Source: Candidatus Arthromitus sp. SFB-mouse-Japan (lineage in GTDB: Bacteria > Bacillota > Clostridia > Clostridiales > Clostridiaceae). Taken from it: a stretch of DNA of 32,000 nt. The notes beneath the pieces are model-generated. The model saw nothing but the letters and a program-made list of their open reading frames with translations. It was not told the DNA's origin and did not search any database. The translations under genes and the position numbers were made by a program. The stretch's first letter is position 1. Every line of letters begins with the position of its first letter. The stretch is from assembly GCF_000270205.1 (NCBI RefSeq), contig NC_015913.1, positions 780,001 through 812,000 of the forward strand, read 5' to 3'. This document shows positions 21,050-30,392 of this stretch, one piece after another.

Positions 21050-22123
21050 ATGTCTTTTGATTTAGATAAAATGAAAGCTATTGAAATGGCTATGAGTCAA
21101 ATTGAAAAACAGTATGGTAAAGGTTCGATAATGAAACTTGGTGAACAAAGTGCATTAAATATTGAAAGTGTATCTACAGGTTGCTTAGATTTAGATATTG
21201 CATTAGGGATAGGTGGTTTACCTAAAGGAAGAATTATTGAAGTTTATGGACCAGAGTCTTCAGGGAAAACCACAGTTGCTTTACATGTAATTGCAGAAGC
21301 TCAAAAAAAAGGAGGAGCTGCAGCATTCATCGATGCTGAACATGCGTTGGATCCGTCATATGCAAAAAACTTAGGAGTAGATACGGAGAATTTAATAATT
21401 TCTCAACCGGATAATGGTGAGCAAGCACTTGAAATTGCAGAGGCATTAGTAAGATCAGGGGCTATTGATGTTATTGTTATTGATTCTGTCGCTGCACTTG
21501 TTCCTAGAGCTGAGATAGAGGGGGAAATGGGAGATTCACATGTTGGACTTCAAGCTAGACTTATGTCTCAAGCACTAAGAAAACTTGCAGGTCATATAAA
21601 TAAATCTAAATGTGTGGCAATATTTATAAATCAATTGAGAGAAAAGGTTGGTGTAATGTTTGGTAATCCAGAAACTACTCCAGGAGGAAGGGCATTAAAA
21701 TTTTATGCTTCTGTCAGATTAGATGTTAGAAGGATTGATTCTATAAAACAAGGTGATGAAATTGTTGGTAATAGAACAAGAGTTAAAATAATGAAAAATA
21801 AAGTAGCACCACCTTTTAGGATTTCGGAGTTTGATATTATATACAATAGAGGTATATCTAAAGAAGGAAGTCTTTTAGATCTTGCAGTTAAGGAAAATAT
21901 AATTCAAAAAAGTGGATCATGGTTTTCATATAAAAATGAAAAGTTAGGACAAGGAAGGGAAAATGCGAAACAGTTTTTACTAGAAAACAAATCTATACTG
22001 CAAGAAATAGAGAGGTTGATTTTAGAAAAATACAACATTGAAAAAAGTGGGACATCGAAAGAAACAAAAGATGATGTTAACTGTTTAGAAATGAATACAA
22101 ATAATGATAATATAACGGTTTAA
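21050..22123 (+). CDS. recA: Recombinase RecA
   Basis: FGKGSIM, Walker [63 protein letters not shown]. Starts 2 nt after the pgsA stop, with RBS AAGGAGAG inside the end of pgsA. Confidence 0.98.
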   Translation: MSFDLDKMKAIEMAMSQIEKQYGKGSIMKLGEQSALNIESVSTGCLDLDIALGIGGLPKGRIIEVYGPESSGKTTVALHVIAEAQKKGGAAAFIDAEHALDPSYAKNLGVDTENLIISQPDNGEQALEIAEALVRSGAIDVIVIDSVAALVPRAEIEGEMGDSHVGLQARLMSQALRKLAGHINKSKCVAIFINQLREKVGVMFGNPETTPGGRALKFYASVRLDVRRIDSIKQGDEIVGNRTRVKIMKNKVAPPFRISEFDIIYNRGISKEGSLLDLAVKENIIQKSGSWFSYKNEKLGQGRENAKQFLLENKSILQEIERLILEKYNIEKSGTSKETKDDVNCLEMNTNNDNITV

Positions 22124-22163
22124 AAAGCTTATTATTTATTTGTGTTAATAGATTTAGTTATAA

Positions 22164-22192
22164 TTGACATTAAATAAAAATTAATATAAAAT
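22164..22192 (+). promoter_or_regulatory. Candidate sigma-A promoter for rny
   Basis: TTGACA (22164-22169), a 17-nt spacer, then TAAAAT (22187-22192), about 110 nt upstream of the rny ATG. Chance matches are common in such AT-rich DNA. Confidence 0.4.
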
Positions 22193-22300
22193 TATTTATG
22201 ATACTGGTTACTAAAAGTTTTAAGTGTTTTCAGTAAGAATAAAATATGGCACCAACACGCTTTTAATAAATTTATTTTGAGAGCAAGGGGGTGTTATAAA

Positions 22301-23875
22301 ATGATAAATAATAATATTTTAAATATAATTTTACCTGCTGTGAATACTATTTTGGTTGTATTCATGGTGGTTATGATAATTTTAATGAAAAAACGTTTAA
22401 AGGAACGTTATGATGCTTCTATACTTAAGATTGAGAAAGAAGAAGAAGAAAGAAAGATTTTGTTTGAAAATACTAAAAAAGAAGCTGAAGCATTGAAGAA
22501 AGAGTTATTGCTTGAAGCTAAAGAAGATGCACATAGATTAAGAATGGAAGTCGAAAAAGAATCTAGGGAAAGAAGAACTGAAATACAAAGATTAGAAAGA
22601 AGATTGTTGCAAAGAGAAGAAACCCTAGATAAAAAGAGCGATATGTTAGATAAAAAAGAGAGAGAATTAAGTTTACGTGCATCAGAAGTTGATAAACTTG
22701 AGGAAAATATAAAAGAAATTGATAGCCAGAAAAGACAAGAGTTGGAAATAATTTCAAATATGAGTTCGGAAGAAGCTAAAACTTTTTTACTTAATGAAAT
22801 CAAGAAAGAAATAACTTATGAATCAGCAGTTTTAATAAAAGAATTTGAAACAAAATTGAAGGAAGAAAGTGAAAATAAAGCTAAGGAAATAATAACAGGA
22901 GCTATTCAAAGATATGCTGCTGATCATGTTTCTGAGTCTACTGTTCATGTGGTCGCTTTACCTAATGATGAAATGAAAGGGAGGATCATAGGAAGAGAAG
23001 GTAGGAATATAAGAACTTTGGAAATGTTGACGGGTGTCGATTTGATTATAGATGATACTCCAGAAGCTGTAGTTTTATCGAGCTTTGACCCTGTTAGAAG
23101 AGAGATTGCAAAAATAGCTTTGGAAAGATTAGTGTTAGATGGAAGGATTCATCCTACTAAAATTGAAGAAATGGTTGAAAGGGCAAAAAGAGATATAGAA
23201 AATGAAATAAAAGAGACGGGTGAGCAAGCATTATTTGAGACGGGTATTAATGGAGTACATACGGAGATAGTTAAGTTGCTAGGAAAATTAAAATTTAGAA
23301 CTAGTTATGGGCAGAATGTACTTAAACATTCTATAGAAGTTGCATATTTAGCTGGAACTATGGCTTTAGAGCTTGGTTTAGATGCTAATATTGCAAAAAG
23401 AGCGGGGTTGCTTCATGATATAGGTAAAGCTTTAGATCATGAGATAGAAGGACCTCATGCTGTAATTGGATATGAATTTGCTAAACGTTATAATGAGAGT
23501 GATGCTGTTGCTGAAGCTATTGGAGCTCACCATGAAGATATACCTATGACTAGATTAGAATCTATATTAGTGCAGGCATCTGATGCTATATCAGCAGCGC
23601 GTCCTGGAGCAAGGAGAGAAACCTTACATGCGTATATAAAGAGGTTGAATCAGTTGGAATCTATAGCTAATTCATATGAAGGTGTGGAGAAGTCTTATGT
23701 TATTCAAGCTGGAAGAGAAATAAGGATAATAGTTAAACCAGATATTATCGATGATTTGAGTGCTAATTGTATGGCTAGAGATATAGTTAAGAGGATAGAA
23801 AGAGAATTAGAGTTTCCTGGACAAATTAAAATAAATGTTATAAGGGAGACGCGAGCAATTGAATTTGCGAAATAA
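22301..23875 (+). CDS. rny: Ribonuclease Y
   Basis: N-terminal membrane anchor ([23 protein letters not shown]), E/K-rich coiled coil, KH domain ([15 protein letters not shown]) and HD domain ([10 protein letters not shown]...LLHDIGK). I prefer the ATG at 22301, 9 nt after the RBS AAGGGGG. The ORF-track TTG at 22277 adds MRARGCYK with no RBS. Confidence 0.95.
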   Translation: MINNNILNIILPAVNTILVVFMVVMIILMKKRLKERYDASILKIEKEEEERKILFENTKKEAEALKKELLLEAKEDAHRLRMEVEKESRERRTEIQRLERRLLQREETLDKKSDMLDKKERELSLRASEVDKLEENIKEIDSQKRQELEIISNMSSEEAKTFLLNEIKKEITYESAVLIKEFETKLKEESENKAKEIITGAIQRYAADHVSESTVHVVALPNDEMKGRIIGREGRNIRTLEMLTGVDLIIDDTPEAVVLSSFDPVRREIAKIALERLVLDGRIHPTKIEEMVERAKRDIENEIKETGEQALFETGINGVHTEIVKLLGKLKFRTSYGQNVLKHSIEVAYLAGTMALELGLDANIAKRAGLLHDIGKALDHEIEGPHAVIGYEFAKRYNESDAVAEAIGAHHEDIPMTRLESILVQASDAISAARPGARRETLHAYIKRLNQLESIANSYEGVEKSYVIQAGREIRIIVKPDIIDDLSANCMARDIVKRIERELEFPGQIKINVIRETRAIEFAK

Positions 23876-23913
23876 AAAGTGTTTTGGTGTTATAAATTAG
23901 ATTTGATAATGTT

Positions 23914-23948
23914 CTATTCTTTGGTTAGAATAGTTTATTATATATTTT
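23914..23948 (+). terminator. Weak terminator-like hairpin after rny
   Basis: CTATTCT (23914-23920) pairs with AGAATAG (23927-23933). Loop TTGGTT, followed by TTTATTATATATTTT. The 7-bp AT-rich stem makes this tentative. Confidence 0.35.
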
Positions 23949-24003
23949 AATGGATTTTTATATGTGATGTAGTTTTTTTAGATTAATAATAGGGGGACTA
24001 AAT

Positions 24004-24264
24004 ATGGAAGTGTTAAAAGTTTCTACAAAATCAAATCCAAATTCAGTGGCAGGTGCATTAGCGGCAATTTTGAAGGAAAAGTCTTTAGTGGAAATTCAAG
24101 CAATTGGAGCTGGTGCTATAAATCAGGCTATTAAGTCTGTAGCTATAGCTAGAGGTTTTATAGCACCTAGTGGTAAAGATATAGTTTGTATACCTGCTTT
24201 TACAGATATACAAATTGATGGGGAAGAGAGAACTGCTATTAAATTAATAGTTCAACCTAGATAA
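24004..24264 (+). CDS. spoVS: Stage V sporulation protein S
   Basis: 86 aa. MEVLKVSTKSNPNSVAGALAAILKEK...EIQAIGAGAINQAIKSVAIARGF is near-canonical SpoVS. RBS AGGGGGA. Confidence 0.95.
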   Translation: MEVLKVSTKSNPNSVAGALAAILKEKSLVEIQAIGAGAINQAIKSVAIARGFIAPSGKDIVCIPAFTDIQIDGEERTAIKLIVQPR

Positions 24265-24293
24265 GTGAATTAATTTGAATTAGTAAAAGCTTT

Positions 24294-24321
24294 GCAAGAG
24301 TTATATTGACTCTTGCTTTTG
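24294..24321 (+). terminator. Rho-independent terminator after spoVS
   Basis: GCAAGAGT (24294-24301) pairs with ACTCTTGC (24309-24316), followed by TTTTG. Confidence 0.6.
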
Positions 24322-24364
24322 CCTATCTTAAATTTTAAAAATTTATAAAAGGAGAATAAAAAGA

Positions 24365-24625
24365 ATGGAATCAATTAAAGTTAAAATTTCAAATAATACT
24401 GGTTTGCATGCTAGACCAGCAACATTATTAGTTAAAAAGGCATCTTCATTTGCTTGTGATGTAAGTGTTGAAGCCAATGGAAAAAAAGTTAATGCTAAAA
24501 GCCTTATTGGAATTTTATCTTTAGGAGCAACTAAGGATACAGAAGTAACTATTATAACTTCAGGTAAAGATGAAGTTGAGGCTGCTAATGAATTAGCTAA
24601 ATTAATTGAAACATTAGAAGATTAA
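24365..24625 (+). CDS. ptsH: Phosphocarrier protein HPr
   Basis: 86 aa. The active-site His is at residue 15 (NTGLHARPA). The regulatory Ser is at residue 46 (VNAKSLIGILSLG). RBS AAGGAGAA. No ptsI follows it. Confidence 0.95.
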   Translation: MESIKVKISNNTGLHARPATLLVKKASSFACDVSVEANGKKVNAKSLIGILSLGATKDTEVTIITSGKDEVEAANELAKLIETLED

Positions 24626-24654
24626 TCCAATTTTATATTCGGTATAAATATAAA

Positions 24655-24692
24655 GTAAAAAGGATTTTTACAAAAATCCTTTTTACTTTCTT
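24655..24692 (+). terminator. Rho-independent terminator after ptsH
   Basis: GTAAAAAGGATTTTT (24655-24669) pairs with AAAAATCCTTTTTAC (24672-24686), followed by TTTCTTATTATT. Confidence 0.85.
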
Positions 24693-24722
24693 ATTATTAT
24701 AAAAAAGATAAGTGGTGAAAGT

Positions 24723-25243
24723 GTGGAAGAGTTTTTTATTAAAGAATGTAGTATAGATGATATATATAAAGTGAAGTTTATAGCTGAAAAGACATTTTGT
24801 GAAACATTTTCTAATGATAATACAAAGGATAATATAGAAAATTATTTAAAAGAAAACTTTTCATATGATCAAATAAAAAGCGAAATAAATAATAGTTATT
24901 CGAGGTTTTATATAGTATAAAGTGGTGAAAAAATAGTTGCGTATATGAAATTAAATTTTGACAAAGCTCAAACAGAAAAAAATTATGATAATACTTTAGA
25001 GGTTCAAAGAATATATGTGTTGCAATAATATAAGGGAAGGAAAATAGGTGGAAAATTAATATATAATGCTATAAAAATTGGGTTAAAAAACAAATTAAGA
25101 TATATTTGCTTGGGCGTATGGGAACATATAATATAGATGCAATAAAATTTTATGAAAAACTATGGTTTAAAAAATTTAGTATGCATATTTTTGAATTAGG
25201 TAATGATAAGCAAATAGATTATTTGATAAGATTGATTTTATAA
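24723..25243 (+). pseudogene. GNAT family N-acetyltransferase, disrupted (two in-frame TAA stops plus one frameshift)
   Basis: GTG start at 24723. Reading through TAA 24918-24920 and TAA 25026-25028 gives ...SRFYIV*SGEKIVAYMKLNFDKAQTEKNYDNTLEVQRIYVLQ*YKGRKIGGKLIYNAIKIGLKNKLRYICLGVWEH. That frame then hits TAG at 25134-25136. The other frame, from 25127, continues YNIDAIKFYEKLWFKKFSMHIFELGNDKQIDYLIRLIL to TAA 25241-25243. The acetyl-CoA motif A (KGRKIGGKL) and WEH..AIKFYEK signatures are recognisable. The span is 521 nt (3n+2), consistent with loss of a single base. Confidence 0.8.
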
Positions 25244-25247
25244 AATT

Positions 25248-25281
25248 AACTTCGCAAAATTTATATTTTGCGAAGTTTTTG
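25248..25281 (+). terminator. Rho-independent terminator after the GNAT pseudogene
   Basis: AACTTCGCAAAAT (25248-25260) pairs with ATTTTGCGAAGTT (25265-25277). Loop TTAT, followed by TTT. Confidence 0.75.
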
Positions 25282-25338
25282 ATAATCTAATATAACAATG
25301 TATTATGATATATTTTGATTTAAAAAGGATGAGTAACT

Positions 25339-26280
25339 ATGGAATATAAAAAATGTTCAATAATAATATCTGATTTTTTAGATTATTTGTCAGGTATTAA
25401 AGGAGCCTCTGAGAAAACTATAAAAGAATATCGAATAGATTTATCTGGATTTTTTAACTTTATAATAAAAAAAAGATTGAATTTGAAAATTTCGCATCAT
25501 GAAATGGATTTAGAGAGCCTTAAAAAAATTTCAATAAGTGATATGTATGCTTATATAAGATATCTTGATAAAGAGCGTTTAAATGGACATAATGCACGTG
25601 CTCGAAAAATTTCTTCTTTGAGAACGTTTTATAATTATCTTACAGATAAAATTAAGGTTATTGATAAAAATATCGCCTCTGAATTAGAAACTCCCAAAAT
25701 ACCTAAACGTAATCCTATTTATTTGGATCTCGATGAGTCTAAAAATATTTTAAGTAATATAAAGAGTCGACGATTTTATTCTCGTGATTATTGTATAATT
25801 TCTATATTTTTGAATTGCGCATTAAGATTATCAGAACTTGTTTCTATTAATCTTGGAGATATAGATTGGAGAAATAATTCCTTATCTATTATAGGTAAAG
25901 GAAATAAAGAAAGAGTTATTTATTTAAATGAAATGGTTATAAATTCAATAAAAAATTATTTAAAAGATCGTAATGAATATAAAATTAAAGAAGGTTGTGA
26001 GAATGCTTTATTTATAAGTTCTGTCGGAAGAAGAATAAGTAATAGAGCTATAGAAGAAATGGTTAAGAAACATGTGAGGAATTCAAATATTAATAAGAAG
26101 ATTACACCTCATAAGTTAAGGCACACTTCAGCCACTCTTATGTTTAAGCATGGGAAGATTGATATAAGAACTCTTCAGAAAGTTTTAGGTCATGAAAATA
26201 TTTCTACAACTCAGATATATACACATGTTGATGATGAAGGAATTAAGAATGCTTTTAATTCTAACCCTTTGAATTTATAA
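25339..26280 (+). CDS. Site-specific tyrosine recombinase, XerC/XerD family
   Basis: 313 aa. N-terminal SAM-like core-binding domain (TIKEYRIDLSGFFNF, ISSLRTFYNYL). Catalytic residues all present: R in NCALRLSEL, K in GKGNKERVIYL, H-x-x-R in HKLRHTSAT, H in LGHENISTTQ, Y in IYTHV. Confidence 0.88.
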   Translation: MEYKKCSIIISDFLDYLSGIKGASEKTIKEYRIDLSGFFNFIIKKRLNLKISHHEMDLESLKKISISDMYAYIRYLDKERLNGHNARARKISSLRTFYNYLTDKIKVIDKNIASELETPKIPKRNPIYLDLDESKNILSNIKSRRFYSRDYCIISIFLNCALRLSELVSINLGDIDWRNNSLSIIGKGNKERVIYLNEMVINSIKNYLKDRNEYKIKEGCENALFISSVGRRISNRAIEEMVKKHVRNSNINKKITPHKLRHTSATLMFKHGKIDIRTLQKVLGHENISTTQIYTHVDDEGIKNAFNSNPLNL

Positions 26281-26283
26281 TAT

Positions 26284-26320
26284 AAAAAACTAACCCTATT
26301 TATTTTTGGGTTAGTTTTTT
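26284..26320. terminator. Bidirectional terminator shared by the convergent recombinase and YnbB-like genes
   Basis: AAAAAACTAACCC (26284-26296) pairs with GGGTTAGTTTTTT (26308-26320). The A-tract and T-tract flank the stem, so it can terminate in both directions. The right arm and loop overlap the last codons (KKLTQK*) of the minus-strand gene. Confidence 0.75.
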
Positions 26321-27571
26321 TATGCTATTTAAGATAGCTAATTGCCCATGCTCAAAAGTTAACGATCCTTGTAAGTATGCTACATATGGTTCTCTTATTG
26401 GAGCATCACATGATAATTCAATTGATGATCCAGATATAAATGTGCCTGCTGCCATTATTACTTGATCATTGTATCCTGGCATATCCCAAGGTTCACATTC
26501 TAAGAAAGAATCCACTGGTGAATTTTTTTGAATTTCTTTGCAAAAATTTATTAGTTCGTCAGATGTATTGAGTTTGATTGCTTGAATTATATCACCACGT
26601 TTTACATCATATTTTGGATATACATCATAACCAAGTTTCTCAAAAATTCTTGCAGTAAATATGGCTGTTTTCATAGCTTCTACAACAATATGTGGAGCAA
26701 TAAATAATCCTTGAAATACCTGTCTTAAGTCTGTAAGACTCGCTCCACACTCTCCTCCTATACCAGGAACTGTTAATCTATACGCAGCATTTTTGATCAA
26801 ATCAGTATTCCCTACTATATATCCTCCAGTTGGAGTTAATCCTCCACCAATATTTTTAATTAAAGAACCAGCCATTAAATCCACACCAATATTTGTAGGC
26901 TCAATTATATCAGTAAATTCACCGTAGCAATTATCAACAAAAACACATAAATTTTTATCTACGCTTTTTATAATTTTTACTATATCTTTTATGTCGTTAG
27001 GTAGAAGTGATTTTCTAAGAGAATATCCTCTTGATCTTTGAATGTAAATTATTTTTATATTTCGATTTTTGTTAAGGATTTCTATGATATTTTCTATATC
27101 AAAATTACCATCATCTTTTAAATTACATTCAAGATAAGACACCCCAAGATCTTTTAAACTACCTTTTTGTTCATTTACATTATTTAATCCAATTATATTT
27201 TTTATTGTATCGTATGGTTGACCTGTTATTGAAAATAAAATATCCCCTTTAGATAAATTCCCAAGAAGAGCACAACCAATTGCGTGAGTTCCATTAACAA
27301 ATTGAAGTCTGACTAGAGCACTTTGTGTTCCAAAAATATCTTTATATAAATTTTCAATACCATCTCTTCCTAAGTCTGTATATGCATATCCAGTTGTTGT
27401 TTTAAAGTGTGAGTCAGATATTTTATTATCTTTAAATGCTTTTAAGACTTTATATTCATTTTGTAATTTTACTTGGTTTAAGTTCTCAAATATACATTTT
27501 ATATCGTTGCAACTTTCATTATATAAATTTTCAATATAATCTCCAAATAAAGTTTTAATAAAATTGCTCAT
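26300..27571 (-). CDS. Methionine gamma-lyase family PLP-dependent protein (YnbB / aluminium-resistance-protein type)
   Basis: 423 aa. TTGYAYTDLGRD, VNGTHAI, AGSLIKNIGGGLTPTGGY (putative PLP lysine), VPGIGGECGAS and PWDMPGYNDQVIMAAGTF are characteristic of this family. It lies downstream of mutSL, as ynbB does in Bacillus. Confidence 0.85.
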   Translation of the reverse strand: MSNFIKTLFGDYIENLYNESCNDIKCIFENLNQVKLQNEYKVLKAFKDNKISDSHFKTTTGYAYTDLGRDGIENLYKDIFGTQSALVRLQFVNGTHAIGCALLGNLSKGDILFSITGQPYDTIKNIIGLNNVNEQKGSLKDLGVSYLECNLKDDGNFDIENIIEILNKNRNIKIIYIQRSRGYSLRKSLLPNDIKDIVKIIKSVDKNLCVFVDNCYGEFTDIIEPTNIGVDLMAGSLIKNIGGGLTPTGGYIVGNTDLIKNAAYRLTVPGIGGECGASLTDLRQVFQGLFIAPHIVVEAMKTAIFTARIFEKLGYDVYPKYDVKRGDIIQAIKLNTSDELINFCKEIQKNSPVDSFLECEPWDMPGYNDQVIMAAGTFISGSSIELSCDAPIREPYVAYLQGSLTFEHGQLAILNSIKKLTQK

Positions 27572-27583
27572 AAATTTTAAGTA

Positions 27584-28504
27584 TTAACTCCCGTTAAAAT
27601 CATTAATTATAAATTCTAAAATTTCATTTTCATTCATTTCATCTTTGGAAATAAATATATTACCCTCTTCTTTTCTAAACCAAGTCATTTGACGTTTCGC
27701 ATAATTCCTTGAAGATTGTTTTATTTTTTCAATTGCATCCTCATAATTTGTAGTATTATCTAAATAATCTAAAATTTCTTTATATCCAATTCCTTGCATT
27801 GATTGAAGATCTTTAGTGTATCCGAGTTCTTTCAAATGCGTTACCTCATTTAAAAGACCATTTTTAATCATATTATAAACTCTAATATTGATATTTTTAT
27901 ATAAATCATCTTTGTTTAATGTTAAAGTGTAATATTTGTAATCAAAGATTGGGATATTTTTTTGTTTGAATGAGCTGAATGGTTTATTTGTTATATGATA
28001 TACTTCTAATGCTCTTACAACTCTTTTTACGTTATTGTAATGTATTTTATTGTAGCTTTCTAAATCAACATCCTTCAAAAAATTATGTAAATATTTGTTT
28101 CCATTTTTATTTGCTAAAGTGTATAAATATTGTCTATATTCTTTATCTTCACCTGCTTCACAAAAGTTTTGATCATAAATAATTGATCGAATATATAAAC
28201 CTGTTCCACCAACAATAATAGGTAAATTACCTCTGCTTACTATATTTTTAATTGCACTTTTTGCAAGTATTGAGTATAACGATACATTAAAAATTTCATC
28301 AGGCTCGCAAATATCGATTAAATGATGTGGTACTCCATCCATTTCACTATTTGATATTTTTGCAGAACCAATATCCATATATTTATATATCTGCATTGAG
28401 TCAGCAGAAATTATCTCTCCATTTAATTTTTTTGCTAGCTTAATTGATAAGCTAGTCTTACCAACTCCAGTTGGACCTGATAATATCAAAATTTTTTCTT
28501 TCAT
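27584..28504 (-). CDS. miaA: tRNA dimethylallyltransferase MiaA
   Basis: P-loop [42 protein letters not shown]. Starts 2 nt after the mutL stop. Confidence 0.94.
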   Translation of the reverse strand: MKEKILILSGPTGVGKTSLSIKLAKKLNGEIISADSMQIYKYMDIGSAKISNSEMDGVPHHLIDICEPDEIFNVSLYSILAKSAIKNIVSRGNLPIIVGGTGLYIRSIIYDQNFCEAGEDKEYRQYLYTLANKNGNKYLHNFLKDVDLESYNKIHYNNVKRVVRALEVYHITNKPFSSFKQKNIPIFDYKYYTLTLNKDDLYKNINIRVYNMIKNGLLNEVTHLKELGYTKDLQSMQGIGYKEILDYLDNTTNYEDAIEKIKQSSRNYAKRQMTWFRKEEGNIFISKDEMNENEILEFIINDFNGS

Positions 28505-28506
28505 AT

Positions 28507-30336
28507 TTAAGTCCTTTTAAACATTCTTTCAATTTCATTTAATGAGAATTTTATTATTATTGGTCTTCCATGTGGACAAGTAAATGGATTCTCTAATTTC
28601 ATAAGTTTTGATATTAAAATTTTTATTTCCTGATCGTTAAGTATACAGTTTGCTTTAATTGCATTTTTGCATGCCTTTGTTGCAATCAAATCATATTTAA
28701 CTTCGGCAAGAGTTCCTGATCCAAAATTATCAATGTTTTGGATTATATCTAAAATTAAAGATTTAGCATCACAATCTCTAAATTCAAATGGAACTTCCCT
28801 AATTATTATTGAGTTATCTCCAAATGTTTCTATTGTAAAACCGCAATTATCAAAATAATGTTTGTTATTTTGATATGTAGAATACGACAATTCATTTAAA
28901 TGTACTATAGAAGGAATTATTACTTGTTTTAGGATATTTCCATTTTTAATCTTATTTATAAATTCTTCAAATAAAATTTTTTCATGAGCGACATGTTGAT
29001 CAATTATGTAAAAATTATCATACCACTCACCTATTATGTAAGTCTTATTGTATTGTCCTATTATTCTAAAATCTGAAGTCTGAGTATTATTCAAGATTTC
29101 AAACTTTAAATTTTCATTAAGTTCTTCAAAATGATTTTTATCAAATTCTTCGTTATTTACTAGGTCGTAAGGTAATGTTTCTATCTTGTTATTAGTATTG
29201 TAACTATCTAATTTATCTCGTTTATCCATTAATCTTTGTAACTCTTCTTTTGAAAACGGTGATACATTCTTTTTAGATAAACTTAACAATTTATCATTTG
29301 AAGTAATAATGCCGGTTATATCATTTTTCTTTACTAAAGTTGAATTTGATAAACAATCGTTTAATTCATTTGCATATGTTTTATATAAAAAGCTATATAT
29401 CATTCTTTCATCTTCAAATTTGATTTCAGCTTTAGTTGGATGTATATTAACATCTATATCTTTTGGATCAATATTTAAAAATGTAATAAAGAATGGATAT
29501 TTATTTACTGTCAAATAATCTCTGTAAGCATTCTCAATAGATAAAATCAAATTTCTATTTTTAACTATCCTATTATTTACAAATAGATATTGATTGTTTC
29601 TTGAACTCTTACAGAAGTTAATATCTCCAAGATATCCAAAAATATGCACTTTTTCACATTTATTTTCTACAAAAAATAAATTATTTAGTATATTAAAACC
29701 AAATATATCAATTATTGCATCCCTTAAACTCATGCCATTTGTTTTAAAAATTAATTTTCCATTTGATATGTATTCAAAACCTATTTCATAATTTGATATA
29801 GCAAGTTTAGTCATAACATCACGGATTATTGCAGTTTCACGACTTTCACTCTTTAAAAATTTAAGTCTTGCAGGAGTGTTAAAAAAAATATCTTTGACTA
29901 TTATTTCCGTACCAATATTGCATGAACATTCTTCTTTATTAATAATTGTTCCACCTTCTAAACTGATGCTCATCCCGTAATCAAACTCTTCACTTCTAGA
30001 TTTCAATGATACTCTAGAAACTGATGCAATACTTGGAAGTGCTTCCCCTCTAAATCCAAATGAGTTTATATTAAATAAATCTTCTTCTGATGATATTTTA
30101 CTTGTGGCATGCGGAAGAAATATTTTTTCAATATCATCTCTATGAATACCTTCTCCATCATCTATAATTTCTATAGAATTTTTTCCTCCACTAGTAATTT
30201 TAACTATGATATTTTTAGATTTGGCATCAATGCTATTTTCAACTAATTCTTTAACTATTGCAGCAGGTTTTTCAACAACTTCACCTGCTGCAATTTTATT
30301 TGTAATGGAACTATCTAAAATATTTACTCTACTCAT
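28507..30336 (-). CDS. mutL: DNA mismatch repair protein MutL
   Basis: GHKL ATPase N-terminus ([49 protein letters not shown]). C-terminal dimerisation/endonuclease domain ([18 protein letters not shown]). Confidence 0.95.
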   Translation of the reverse strand: MSRVNILDSSITNKIAAGEVVEKPAAIVKELVENSIDAKSKNIIVKITSGGKNSIEIIDDGEGIHRDDIEKIFLPHATSKISSEEDLFNINSFGFRGEALPSIASVSRVSLKSRSEEFDYGMSISLEGGTIINKEECSCNIGTEIIVKDIFFNTPARLKFLKSESRETAIIRDVMTKLAISNYEIGFEYISNGKLIFKTNGMSLRDAIIDIFGFNILNNLFFVENKCEKVHIFGYLGDINFCKSSRNNQYLFVNNRIVKNRNLILSIENAYRDYLTVNKYPFFITFLNIDPKDIDVNIHPTKAEIKFEDERMIYSFLYKTYANELNDCLSNSTLVKKNDITGIITSNDKLLSLSKKNVSPFSKEELQRLMDKRDKLDSYNTNNKIETLPYDLVNNEEFDKNHFEELNENLKFEILNNTQTSDFRIIGQYNKTYIIGEWYDNFYIIDQHVAHEKILFEEFINKIKNGNILKQVIIPSIVHLNELSYSTYQNNKHYFDNCGFTIETFGDNSIIIREVPFEFRDCDAKSLILDIIQNIDNFGSGTLAEVKYDLIATKACKNAIKANCILNDQEIKILISKLMKLENPFTCPHGRPIIIKFSLNEIERMFKRT

Positions 30337-30392
30337 ATTACATCTCTTTTTTATTTATCATTTATGAAGTTTTTCAATTATCCTCATATTTT

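Noticed and set aside
15928-22300. ORF-track N-terminal extensions: the TTG at 15928 for tepA, the TTG at 22277 for rny, and the ATG at 16815 for ftsK.
   Set aside because: The extensions overlap or lack ribosome-binding sites, while internal ATGs at 15946, 22301 and 16857 have properly spaced purine-rich RBSs and give canonical N-termini.
22408-22803. 131-aa and 64-aa minus-strand ORFs (22408..22803, 22563..22757) antisense to the rny 5' region.
   Set aside because: They are mirror images of the E/K-rich coiled-coil region of RNase Y, and GAA/AAG repeats read in antisense give S/L/F-rich stop-free frames. They have low-complexity composition and no RBS, and they lie entirely inside a well-supported gene.
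24723-24920. Treating the 65-aa ORF as a stand-alone small protein.
   Set aside because: The sequence after its stop continues the same GNAT fold in frame, so it is the N-terminal fragment of a pseudogene and not an independent gene.
24698-26291. Possible att-like direct repeats flanking the GNAT-recombinase segment (TATAAAAAA on both sides), and the 11-mer AAGTGGTGAAA repeated at 24710 and 24919.
   Set aside because: The flanking match is a 9-mer of pure A/T and is not significant at this base composition. The 11-mer repeat lies within or next to the pseudogene and has no element-boundary logic, so I treat it as coincidence or a minor duplication.
4543-29791. Remaining short antisense or shadow ORFs from the six-frame track: 4543, 5501, 7049, 7282, 9608, 16476, 17219, 17858, 19125, 20026, 27979, 28667, 29309 and 29594.
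   Set aside because: All are 62-110 aa and fully embedded opposite strongly supported conserved genes. They are hydrophobic or low-complexity and have no recognisable motifs or convincing ribosome-binding sites.
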